64,000 nucleotides of DNA from Candidatus Acidiferrum sp. Its GTDB lineage: Bacteria > Acidobacteriota > Terriglobia > Acidiferrales > UBA7541. A program made the translations under genes and the position numbers. The stretch is taken from assembly GCA_036513675.1 (NCBI GenBank), contig DATBYP010000183.1:26447-90446 (forward strand), read 5' to 3'. Under the pieces are notes generated by a model. That model had not been told where the DNA came from. It saw only the letters and a list, made by a program, of their open reading frames with translations, and made no database searches. This document shows positions 47,053 to 55,757 of the stretch, piece after piece. Position 1 is the stretch's first letter. Each line of letters opens with the position of its first letter.

Positions 47053-48687
47053 ATGCCGACAATCTTCGATTTCTTTGGTCTTCGCGAAAACCCGTTTAAA
47101 ATCAACCCCGATCCCCGTTTTCTCTTTCTCACGGATCAAGCTCGCGCCACCTCGGATGAGCTCGCCTATGCCATTCGCACTCGCAAAGGCTTGATCCTCC
47201 TCACCGGCGAAGTCGGTACCGGCAAAACCATGCTCCTTCGCCGTCTTCTCGACTGGCTCACCGAGCAAAAAATGCCGACCGCGCTTATCTTCAACTCTCA
47301 TATCCAGCCCGAACACCTGCTCGATTTCATCCTCAACGATTTCGGCGTGCAGTGCGCGTCGACCCTGAAGAGTGAAAAACTCATGGCCCTCAATCGCTGG
47401 CTGCTTGAGCAGTATCGTGCCGGCCAAATTCCGGTGTTGATTGTCGACGAGGCGCAGGGCTTGGATACCGCCGCGCTCGAGGAAGTCAGGCTGCTCCTGA
47501 ATTTCGAGACACCCCGCGAGAAGCTTCTGCAAATCGTCCTTGGAGGCCAACCGGAGCTGGAAATCAAGCTCAAGCGTCATGAACTCCGTCAGCTTCGCCA
47601 GCGCATCACCGTCCGCTGCAGGACAGCTCCTCTAACCCTCGAACAGACTCATGGGTATATCCGCGAGCGGCTCGGTATCGCAGGTGCCGATCGCGGAAAC
47701 ACTATCTTTGCGCCCGATGCGATCGGCTCCGTCTATGCTTATTCCCGTGGCATTCCCCGTGTGATTAATGTTCTCTGCGAGCATTCGCTCATCAATGCCT
47801 GCGCCGAGGGTGTCAGCACGGTTCGCACAGATGCCGTAGAACGGGCCGCCCGCGACTGCGAACTTGATCGCGCCGATTCCATCGCTCGCATTCTAAGCAC
47901 CGGCTCCTACTCGACCACCAGCCTCACCGACATTAGTTCCATACTCGCCGCCATCTCCACCGGCTCAGATTCCGCGACCGAGCCCATACGGCAGGCGCAA
48001 TCCTCAGAAGCACTTATGCCAGCCCCCGGGGATGCCTATCAGGATGCACATGCTAGATCCGCAGCCGAGCAAGTCAGCAGCGCATCCATCGCGACGAATC
48101 TGTCGGAGGAGATCGCAGCTCAAAACGAAGCGCCAGCAGCGGTGCCGCGGTATGTTCAGGAACTAGTCCCGGCACCTCAAGCGCCTCCTGTGCAGACGGA
48201 GACAATCGCTGCGCGGACTTCTCCCGCTCCGTCAAATCCGTTATTCCTCCACTTCTTACGGCTTTTCAGTACGAGCTTCGTTGCCGATGCTCGCGCGACT
48301 TCCCGTCAAGTCCGCCGCGCGATCCGCTCTTTTGAGTTCCGCCGTTGGAATCCGTTCATTCGCAATCTGCGCCGCGAACTGCACCAACTGCGTATGCAAG
48401 TCTCGCGCATTTCTTCGGATCCTCGCTGGACACATCTTCGCACTCAAGTTGCCACCGCGTGGCAAGCCTCCCGGCTCCGGTTCAAATCCGCAATGCCGTC
48501 TTGGCTCGCCGAACCTCTAGGTATTCGCCAACAAAAAACCCGCAAACGTGCGCAAAGCGCCGCCGCCGGTGCCGCATCGCACGCAAATCGACACCGCGCT
48601 ATGCTGTTTTTGCGGCGATGGCTCCATGAACCACTCATCACCCAACGGAAACGATCCCACGCAAATACGCGCCGCTCCCTAAGTTAA
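47053..48687 (+). CDS. Second ExeA-like AAA ATPase with a long C-terminal extension
   Basis: FFGLRENPF, GEVGTGKT, VDEAQ, GQPEL and GIPR; Ala/Pro linker followed by an Arg-rich tail. Confidence 0.88.
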   Translation: MPTIFDFFGLRENPFKINPDPRFLFLTDQARATSDELAYAIRTRKGLILLTGEVGTGKTMLLRRLLDWLTEQKMPTALIFNSHIQPEHLLDFILNDFGVQCASTLKSEKLMALNRWLLEQYRAGQIPVLIVDEAQGLDTAALEEVRLLLNFETPREKLLQIVLGGQPELEIKLKRHELRQLRQRITVRCRTAPLTLEQTHGYIRERLGIAGADRGNTIFAPDAIGSVYAYSRGIPRVINVLCEHSLINACAEGVSTVRTDAVERAARDCELDRADSIARILSTGSYSTTSLTDISSILAAISTGSDSATEPIRQAQSSEALMPAPGDAYQDAHARSAAEQVSSASIATNLSEEIAAQNEAPAAVPRYVQELVPAPQAPPVQTETIAARTSPAPSNPLFLHFLRLFSTSFVADARATSRQVRRAIRSFEFRRWNPFIRNLRRELHQLRMQVSRISSDPRWTHLRTQVATAWQASRLRFKSAMPSWLAEPLGIRQQKTRKRAQSAAAGAASHANRHRAMLFLRRWLHEPLITQRKRSHANTRRSLS

Positions 48688-48750
48688 TCGTCCAAAGCCT
48701 CACTTCGCTCTCTCAACCTCGCTGGAACCCGGCATCTTTCGGAAATTCAC

Positions 48751-50073
48751 CTATCGCTTTTTCTCCACAGTCGTCACCCGTCGCTTTCCTTTGATCAATA
48801 CGTCCGCCGGGTCCGGCGACCCGTTCCAGAAATCCAGTCGCACTCGTCCATCCGACAACATGCTCACCGTTGCAGGAATCGCGCTCGCTGCCACATACCA
48901 CCCTTCCGGCAGCACCACGGCATTCCGAGGCCGGCCCAAGCTCCGGTCAAATATCAAATCCTCCTCCTCGAGCCGGTAACTTCCGATCGCCGTATACGTC
49001 TCTGAAATCCGAAGTCTTATCGATTGCCCCTTCTTCACAGGCGCAAACCGGACGACCACGACCTGACCAGTGGGCGATACCACCTCGCCCGCATCGATCT
49101 TCGCCAATGCCAACTGCTCTCCCGTGAGGATTTGCGTCGCAAGCCTTTCTCCCGTGTCCAACACATATGCCGACGGCTCAGAAACCGTGCTCCCCGCACG
49201 CACTACATTCACGTACTTATCCACGCCAGGACGTGACTCCGTGTAATCGTGATACAGACGGAATGCATGACTCACCGGCTCCTTCAAGAAATAAACAATG
49301 TCGCGATCCTGATGCGCCCGCTCCGAGAGCCGCTCCTTCTCCGTTTCCCCGGCGAACGGCGCTTCCCAACTAACCGCAGTCATCAACGGTCGAGGAACTG
49401 CGGCCGCCCCTGTTTGCGCGCCCACCTTGGCTCGCACAATTAGCGGAGCCTCTCCTGCGCTTCCGTTCATGAAGCTAACCGCAGTTCGCCCGTCCGGCTC
49501 CGGCAAAATCTGCGACGCCACATTGCACTCCAGCAATTCATATCCTGCCGGAAGCACTACGCTATTTCTCTTGATCCCCAGCGACCGGCTAAACACAATG
49601 GCATCCCCGTCCCGGTAATAGCTCTTCGCGTCCTTATATGTCTTCAGAATGATCAGCCGGCCCTGCCCGTCCTTCGGCACAGGTCGCGCCAGGTGCACCT
49701 TGATATAGTTCGTCCCGGCATCCGCGTCCGCCATTAAGGGGTCCTTCCGCGCCTCTTCCCCGCTCACAATTTCAAATTGCAGCGCCTCGCCGGTCATCGC
49801 ATCGTACACGGCCTCATCGCTGGCCACGCTCCCCTTTCGGATCGGGTTGTAATAATATTTCGCGCCTGCTGTCGTCGCCGTCACCTCATAACGAATCCGA
49901 AAGCTCGCGCTCTCGGCGGCCAGTAATTCGTACCTGGTGTATTCATCAGTTTCCGTCTGTCGCGCCGCCGCGTCTGTAGTTGGTATTCCGCTTGGGCTCT
50001 GCCATCGTGCATGCAATCCTTCACCCGAGGCTAACAGCGCTATCCCAACGCAAGCTGCAATCCATTTCCTCAC
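48751..50073 (-). CDS. Secreted hypothetical protein with two homologous ~190 aa domains
   Basis: Signal peptide; RSLGIKRNSVVLPAGY..DGR in the first half versus RSLGRPRNAVVLPEGW..DGR in the second; GTG start with GAGGAG RBS. Confidence 0.75.
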   Translation of the reverse strand: MRKWIAACVGIALLASGEGLHARWQSPSGIPTTDAAARQTETDEYTRYELLAAESASFRIRYEVTATTAGAKYYYNPIRKGSVASDEAVYDAMTGEALQFEIVSGEEARKDPLMADADAGTNYIKVHLARPVPKDGQGRLIILKTYKDAKSYYRDGDAIVFSRSLGIKRNSVVLPAGYELLECNVASQILPEPDGRTAVSFMNGSAGEAPLIVRAKVGAQTGAAAVPRPLMTAVSWEAPFAGETEKERLSERAHQDRDIVYFLKEPVSHAFRLYHDYTESRPGVDKYVNVVRAGSTVSEPSAYVLDTGERLATQILTGEQLALAKIDAGEVVSPTGQVVVVRFAPVKKGQSIRLRISETYTAIGSYRLEEEDLIFDRSLGRPRNAVVLPEGWYVAASAIPATVSMLSDGRVRLDFWNGSPDPADVLIKGKRRVTTVEKKR

Positions 50074-50182
50074 GTGCATCTCCTCGGACAAACCAGCGCC
50101 CGCATCATACTGGGCCCGCAGCCGCGGTAACTACCATAACTCGCGCGATTGGTTTGCGCGTAGATCTCCTCTGAGAGTCCTC

Positions 50183-50743
50183 ATGCAGCCGAACTTCCGC
50201 ATCCGTCCCGCAATCCAAGCAGACCTGCCCGTCCTGCACGCACTCATCGAAGCTTCTGTCCGTCAACTCCAGGGGGAAGACTACACATATTCGCAACGGG
50301 AAAGTGCGCTCGCCACCGTCTTCGGTGTCGACACCCAGCTCATCGCTGACGGCACATATTTGGTCGTCGAGTATTGTGCCGCGGAATCGCAAGTCCCGCC
50401 GCTCATGGTTGCCTGTGGCGGCTGGAGCAAACGCAAGACTCTCTACGGTGCCGATCAATGGACCGACCGGCACGACGACCTTCTCGACCCTCACAATGAC
50501 GCAGCCAAGATTCGCGCCTTCTTCATTCATCCGGATTGGGCCCGCCGCGGCATCGGCACTCTCCTCCTCGACGCCTGCGAAAACGCAGCAAAGTCCGCGG
50601 GCTTCTCGCGCTTCGAGATGGGCGCCACCCTCACGGGCGCGAAGCTCTTCCGCACCCGAGGCTATCTCCCCGTCAGGAATCTGGAAGTCCCTTTGCTCAA
50701 CGGCGAGTCTCTGCCGATTATTCAGATGGAAAAACAATGCTAG
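50183..50743 (+). CDS. GNAT N-acetyltransferase
   Basis: IRPA, VACGGWS, FFIHPDWARRGIG (acetyl-CoA motif) and ATLTG..F...GY. Confidence 0.88.
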   Translation: MQPNFRIRPAIQADLPVLHALIEASVRQLQGEDYTYSQRESALATVFGVDTQLIADGTYLVVEYCAAESQVPPLMVACGGWSKRKTLYGADQWTDRHDDLLDPHNDAAKIRAFFIHPDWARRGIGTLLLDACENAAKSAGFSRFEMGATLTGAKLFRTRGYLPVRNLEVPLLNGESLPIIQMEKQC

Positions 50744-51055
50744 CCCGGAAGCGCTTCGCCCCGGCTGCAGGTTTGGCGGTTCACAGAACCCTGCTAAGCG
50801 GCGGCAGCGTTCCGCAGGTAGGCGCAAGGCTTGCAATGAGCTAGTTTCTAGATGCACCCCCAAAAGCCCGCCGCTGAAGTCGGTTTGCAACTATTTGCCA
50901 CTTTTGTGTCCTCGCCCAACTCTTCAGTTCAACTGCCTCACTGACTTAATCTCATTATGTTACTGATAAGATTGCGGATAGTAGAAGCCGCACATTTGGC
51001 GACTCCCGTGCTACTGGTCAAGCGGGTTCGACTGTCCCTCGGCCCTGGAGACCCT

Positions 51056-51655
51056 TTGACGAACCCAACTCGCCTGCTCTGGCTTCTCCCTATACTTCTA
51101 CTCACTAGCGTTAGTGCAAAGGCCGACACCGCCTCCGTGTACGTAAACGGCAGCTATGCGTTTGCAAGCTACGGCTATGGAATCGGGCCCTATGGGGGCA
51201 CGCTCAACGGCAGCGCCGCTTCCTTTTACTGCATTGACTTTAATCATGACATTGTTGGAAATACGGGCTGGACAGCCAACGTCACGAGTTTAGCCATTTC
51301 TGGGACCGGCACTCGTCTTGACAACCCAACCATTTACACAGAAATGGCTTGGATGATCACCCAGATGATGGGTACCAGCGATCAGACCCTTCAGGCAGAA
51401 TACCAGTGGGCCATTTGGTCCTTGTCCGTCGGCAATAACTCGGCCGCGCCGCACGACTACTACGGCACCAACGCGAGCATAATTGGAGACGCGCAAAAGG
51501 CCGTCAAAGGCTGGAGCGCCGGGAATTGGGAGATTCTCACCCCCAAAGGCAACTACGGGCAAGAGTTCATGGTGCTCGCAACGCCGGAACCTAAGTCCCT
51601 CCTGCTTCTTCTTGTCGGCTTAGCCGCTTTCGCCGTTTTCGCGCTGCGGAAATAG
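51056..51655 (+). CDS. PEP-CTERM sorting-domain protein
   Basis: Signal peptide (AKA-D), YCIDF and QWAIW motifs, C-terminal TPEP + TM + RK; TTG start with GGAG RBS. Confidence 0.85.
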   Translation: MTNPTRLLWLLPILLLTSVSAKADTASVYVNGSYAFASYGYGIGPYGGTLNGSAASFYCIDFNHDIVGNTGWTANVTSLAISGTGTRLDNPTIYTEMAWMITQMMGTSDQTLQAEYQWAIWSLSVGNNSAAPHDYYGTNASIIGDAQKAVKGWSAGNWEILTPKGNYGQEFMVLATPEPKSLLLLLVGLAAFAVFALRK

Positions 51656-51950
51656 GACCGAAGGCTCGTAGCCCGGCCCACGCGGAAAGGATTACTCCCG
51701 CCGATCCGTCAATCCTGATTCTGAATGTAGCGGTGTGGGTTGGCGAAGGTGGCTAGCGAGTGCGGCTCTTGGGAAGTCTTTTGCATACCTGGCGCCGCAG
51801 GCGGTAATTAAATTCCTTAGAATCATAAACTTAGAATCTATAAAATTTGGACCCGCACCTGCTGTGTGAAACCGGGGAGCATGGGGCATCGCTCCATTGA
51901 AGCGTGGAATCTACTTAGAGTCTTCAGGTTCCCAATCAGGAAGGCGGCAC

Positions 51951-52451
51951 ATGATCGCTCGAGGCCGTATGAAAACTTTGATCCGATGCTTGGGGATGAT
52001 CAGTACTGTGCTGTTGCTCTCGACCGTACCCGCCAAGGCCGATACGATCCTGAATTATCGGATGAATGGGACCGGATTTTCAGCAAGTTTTAGCCTAGCT
52101 CAGCACCCGGTGCCTAGTGCACTGCTCCCATTTGGCTTAGGGTTTGACATTGCCTCCGTGCCAGTGAACGTGAACGGGGCGTGGACGTCCCTGACCCTCT
52201 ATTTCTATACTACTCCACTGGGCGGGGGCGGCGTCGCGGCGCTGAATAGTTTCGCTCTGCTAGGCCCCCAGTTATTCTCTTCTTCTTCCAACACGCCCGT
52301 CATGAAGACTGGAACGTCCACCCTGTTCGGGGGCTCGGCGAGTAGCGGGGGTTATTACACGTTGACTGTAAGCCCTGTTCCGGAGCCAAATGCTCTAGTC
52401 CTATTAGGAATTGGTGGACTGGTGCTCTTAGGATTGCTCCGGCGACGTTAG
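51951..52451 (+). CDS. PEP-CTERM sorting-domain protein
   Basis: Signal peptide (AKA-D) and C-terminal VPEPNALVLLGIGGLVLLGLLRRR; start 51951 or 51969. Confidence 0.88.
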   Translation: MIARGRMKTLIRCLGMISTVLLLSTVPAKADTILNYRMNGTGFSASFSLAQHPVPSALLPFGLGFDIASVPVNVNGAWTSLTLYFYTTPLGGGGVAALNSFALLGPQLFSSSSNTPVMKTGTSTLFGGSASSGGYYTLTVSPVPEPNALVLLGIGGLVLLGLLRRR

Positions 52452-52472
52452 CCAACACCTCTTTTTTCTTTG

Positions 52473-52502
52473 AAGGACGCGCAATTTTGCGCGTCCTTTT
52501 TT
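52473..52502 (+). terminator. Rho-independent terminator
   Basis: AAGGACGCGCAA-TT-TTGCGCGTCCTT perfect hairpin followed by a T run, after the PEP-CTERM gene. Confidence 0.8.
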
Positions 52503-52695
52503 GCGAGGTTCCGCCGCAATCACATCTGCAAAGCGGCGCTGGTATACGTGACGGCAGTGGCTGATTTCAAACTATGAGTGAGCTGCCACTTAGTTAAATT
52601 CGAGGGACGGCACGGGAAGTCCGCTTTCTGCGCATATTGAGTCGGCTTCGATGCAGTAGTCACTGTCCCATGTTGCAGTAAGAAGGACCCAGCCT

Positions 52696-53181
52696 CTATG
52701 TCCCGGCCTGCTTCTTTTTCACCAGCGTCGGCCTGTGCTTCGCATGGTCGTTCATGCGCTTAAGGTGACGGTCCAGCACTACCTGCGCAATCTTAGGCGT
52801 GAAAAACGTTTTGTTGGAGCGCACCGCGTCCACTGCGGCGATTAGGTCCCGCATCGCGTCTGATTTCAGTACATAACCCTTCGCCCCCGAATCTAGCACC
52901 TGCTGGATCACATCTAGCGAGTCGTGAACAGATAGAATTAAAATCTTCGTTCGGCTGCCCCGTCCCAGGATCTCTCGCGCCGCTTCCAAACCACTTAAGC
53001 CCGGCATACTAATGTCCAGCAGGGCAACGTCCGGCTCTAGCAAAAATACTTTCTCAACCGCTTCTTTTCCATCGGCGGCTTCTCCAACCACCGACCATCC
53101 GAACTGCGACTCCAGCAAGTTTCTCAATCCAAACCGTACAATTTCGTGATCGTCAGCCAAAAAAAGGCGTAGCGGTATCAT
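52696..53181 (-). CDS. NarL-type receiver-domain response regulator lacking the HTH
   Basis: LADDH, LLDISMP, ILSVH and YVLKS; the ORF ends about 25 aa after FFTP. Confidence 0.85.
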   Translation of the reverse strand: MIPLRLFLADDHEIVRFGLRNLLESQFGWSVVGEAADGKEAVEKVFLLEPDVALLDISMPGLSGLEAAREILGRGSRTKILILSVHDSLDVIQQVLDSGAKGYVLKSDAMRDLIAAVDAVRSNKTFFTPKIAQVVLDRHLKRMNDHAKHRPTLVKKKQAGT

Positions 53182-53451
53182 CGCTCACCTCTCAAGCGGT
53201 CTCAGCACGCTCGAAAGCGCGTTGTGGGCTCACAAAACCCTCATTCACACCGGCACTACACAACAATTAGCACAACACCTCCAAGGTGAACATCGGGCAT
53301 TTACTGCATCTTGATCCTGTCGCTAACTTTCTTTGCTTTCCAGATGCGCCAGACCGCGCGACTTTCAAACACGGACACCTTGCCAACTACAAATGAAAAA
53401 AGAGGAAGCTCTCGCTTCCTCTTTCCTCAAACATCGTCAGTTACAAATCAA

Positions 53452-54018
53452 CTACTCAACGCCTCCGGCCCCCCGTCGCATTGCAGTCTTCGAATTCACC
53501 GAAGCTTCGCTGGTCGATGAGACGTCCTCGCCACCGGTGCGCCCGATAATTTCCTTCGCGCGCTTCACTTCGTCGGAGCTCGCGCAGTGCACCGAGAGCA
53601 AGATTCCGCCCTTCTGAATCCTTCCCTCGTACCGCTTTGCTTCGTATTCCGGGATTCCCATTCCCACTAACGCGCCCGTAATGCCGCCAATTCCGCCTCC
53701 GACTCCTACTCCCGCCAGCGTAGCCATAATCGGACCCGCCGCAATGAGTGGTCCTACCCCTGGAATCGCCAAAGCTCCAATCCCCGCAAGCAACCCTAAC
53801 GTACCACCCAGCACGGCGCCTGTGCTCCCGCCGGCCGTAGCTCCTTCCGGAGCCTTCGTGGCCTTTTCCGTTCCGATCGCCCGGTTCCCGAGATTTTCGG
53901 GCAACAACACCGAAATGTCCGCCGGCGAAAAACCCGCGTTCACGATCGCATCGGCTGCACGCTCCGCGGCCTCGCGACTAGAGTAGATTCCAAACACTGC
54001 GGTCTTTTTCTCTGCCAT
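53452..54018 (-). CDS. General stress membrane protein (Gly-zipper type)
   Basis: AVFGIY, GF...DISVL, Gly-rich LAIPGVGPLIAAGP and GIPEYEAKRYE. Confidence 0.8.
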   Translation of the reverse strand: MAEKKTAVFGIYSSREAAERAADAIVNAGFSPADISVLLPENLGNRAIGTEKATKAPEGATAGGSTGAVLGGTLGLLAGIGALAIPGVGPLIAAGPIMATLAGVGVGGGIGGITGALVGMGIPEYEAKRYEGRIQKGGILLSVHCASSDEVKRAKEIIGRTGGEDVSSTSEASVNSKTAMRRGAGGVE

Positions 54019-54045
54019 TTTTCTTTTCTCCTTGTGACTTTGCTC

Positions 54046-54483
54046 TTACGATTTTGGCGGCGCCACTTCCAACTGATTGATTACATTCGCCGCCCCAGCG
54101 ATTTCAGTTGCTTTCGCTTCGATTGCGCTCTTCTCTTCTTCCGAGCGTACCGGGCCCTTCAGCGTCACTTTTCCGTCTTGCGCCACGATCTTGATGTTAT
54201 GTGCGTAAGTGGAAAGCGATTTGTCATCCACGATTGCCGAGCGGATCCGCTTTGCCAGATCCCGGTCCGTGGCATTCATCTTCTGCCGGTCGGCCGTTGG
54301 CGAACTCTTGTCGCGGTCCCGTTTATTCGTCTTGCTGTTGTCGGGTGCCGGCTGCTGGCTATTGTCCTGCTTTGGCATGGGTCCGGCCATCAGCGCGGTT
54401 GCCAAGGCCGCCGCACCGAGGAACAGGATCACCAAACCTTTGACTGCCCTCGTAGTAAAACGCATACCCGTCCTTGCAAGCAC
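54046..54483 (-). CDS. BON-domain (OsmY-like) exported protein
   Basis: DNSKTNKRDR..TAD.Q and IKIVAQDGKVTLKGPV..A..IAG..VINQLEV. Confidence 0.85.
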   Translation of the reverse strand: MLARTGMRFTTRAVKGLVILFLGAAALATALMAGPMPKQDNSQQPAPDNSKTNKRDRDKSSPTADRQKMNATDRDLAKRIRSAIVDDKSLSTYAHNIKIVAQDGKVTLKGPVRSEEEKSAIEAKATEIAGAANVINQLEVAPPKS

Positions 54484-54679
54484 ACAAATAACTTGCTATT
54501 GCTTGGACTGGGAATTAGTTCAGGGATGAGATGAAATTGGGGAGACTACCGAACAAGAACAAGACTGCTGCCCATCCCGCCGGGCGTCTACTATTTGACA
54601 TTAGTCCGTGGCTCTAGAACGGACCATCGGGTTAACAACGTAGTCGTATCAGCGGGCTGGCCGTACCGGCCACTAGATC

Positions 54680-54928
54680 TTACGCTTTCCTCTTTGCCCG
54701 TCGCGTACCGCCTCTACGTATCCGTGCGCCCTTGGCTGGCGGCCTTTTGCCTTTTCTGACCACTCCCTTCACGGCACGGCGGGCCCGTGGTTTCGCAGCC
54801 GCCACCTTTTTCGTCAACGCCTTCTGGACCGACCCGGCTTTAGCCGCGATCGTCCCCAGCGTTGCCCCAATCGATTCAGCTACGCTCGTGAGGATCGCTT
54901 CGTCCTTCGATGATCTCTGGCTGTCCAC
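54680..54928 (-). CDS. Small Lys/Arg/Ala-rich basic protein
   Basis: AESIGATLGTIA followed by a histone-like tail; GGGG RBS-like run before GTG. Confidence 0.6.
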   Translation of the reverse strand: MDSQRSSKDEAILTSVAESIGATLGTIAAKAGSVQKALTKKVAAAKPRARRAVKGVVRKGKRPPAKGARIRRGGTRRAKRKA

Positions 54929-54993
54929 GGTAAACCCCCTTTGCTGACACTAATTCATAGCAATGTCGCATCAGCTAAATTTCTAGACGCACT

Positions 54994-55149
54994 CTAAACC
55001 GGCCGTCGTCCCTGAATCACTCGAATCAGCACAACTATGATCGCCAGCACCAGCAGAAGGTGAATGAATCCGCCCAACGTGTATGACGTCACCAGTCCCA
55101 ACAGCCACATAATCAGCAGGATTACCGCAATCGTCCAAAGCAAGTCCAT
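54994..55149 (-). CDS. lmo0937-family small membrane protein (51 aa; not in the ORF track)
   Basis: Translated by hand: MDLLWTIAVILLIMWLLGLVTSYTLGGFIHLLLVLAIIVVLIRVIQGRRPV; AAGGAG RBS. Confidence 0.9.
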   Translation of the reverse strand: MDLLWTIAVILLIMWLLGLVTSYTLGGFIHLLLVLAIIVVLIRVIQGRRPV

Positions 55150-55205
55150 TTCTCTCTCCTTCGACTAATTCTCGACCCCCACGTGCTTTCCCTGAGCCCG
55201 AACTT

Positions 55206-55472
55206 CTAAGAATTGCGTGCTTCCCGATAGGCACTTTGGCCCGCATCCACCGCGTCGTTGACAAATTCCCGAGCGTTGTCTGCTGCTCTTTGCGCCTTCC
55301 GTGCCACCTTTTTCCCTTGCGCAACGGCTTCGTCAACTCCGTCCTGCGCTTTGTCGCGCAGCATCGCCCGTGTCTTTTCTCCCGATTGCGGCGCCCACAT
55401 CATCCCAACAATCGCGCCTACTCCCAACCCAATGGCGAAAGCCGAGCTAATTTCCGGCCAGTTTTTGCGCAT
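55206..55472 (-). CDS. YtxH-domain protein
   Basis: FAIGLGVGAIVGMMWAPQSGEKTR motif. Confidence 0.88.
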   Translation of the reverse strand: MRKNWPEISSAFAIGLGVGAIVGMMWAPQSGEKTRAMLRDKAQDGVDEAVAQGKKVARKAQRAADNAREFVNDAVDAGQSAYREARNS

Positions 55473-55757
55473 CGTCACTCCCCTCGCTTCCAATTTGATT
55501 CCGCACGAACCCTTGCGTCTCGCCCAAGGACATCACAAATACCCAGCTCGAAATTCTATGGTTCTCCGACGCTTCACAATCGCGGATCGTAGCGCGCTAC
55601 CGCCTGCGCAACCATCCGGTAAACGGCGTAGAGCACGCTCGCATCATCTTGTAGCGCTATATTTGGGATGGCTAGGTCTTACCCCTGGTTTTAGGGTCTC
55701 CCCAGGTTAACGGCCGCGCATAGCGGGCTCTTGCCCCGGCGGTGCGCCGATACGCGA

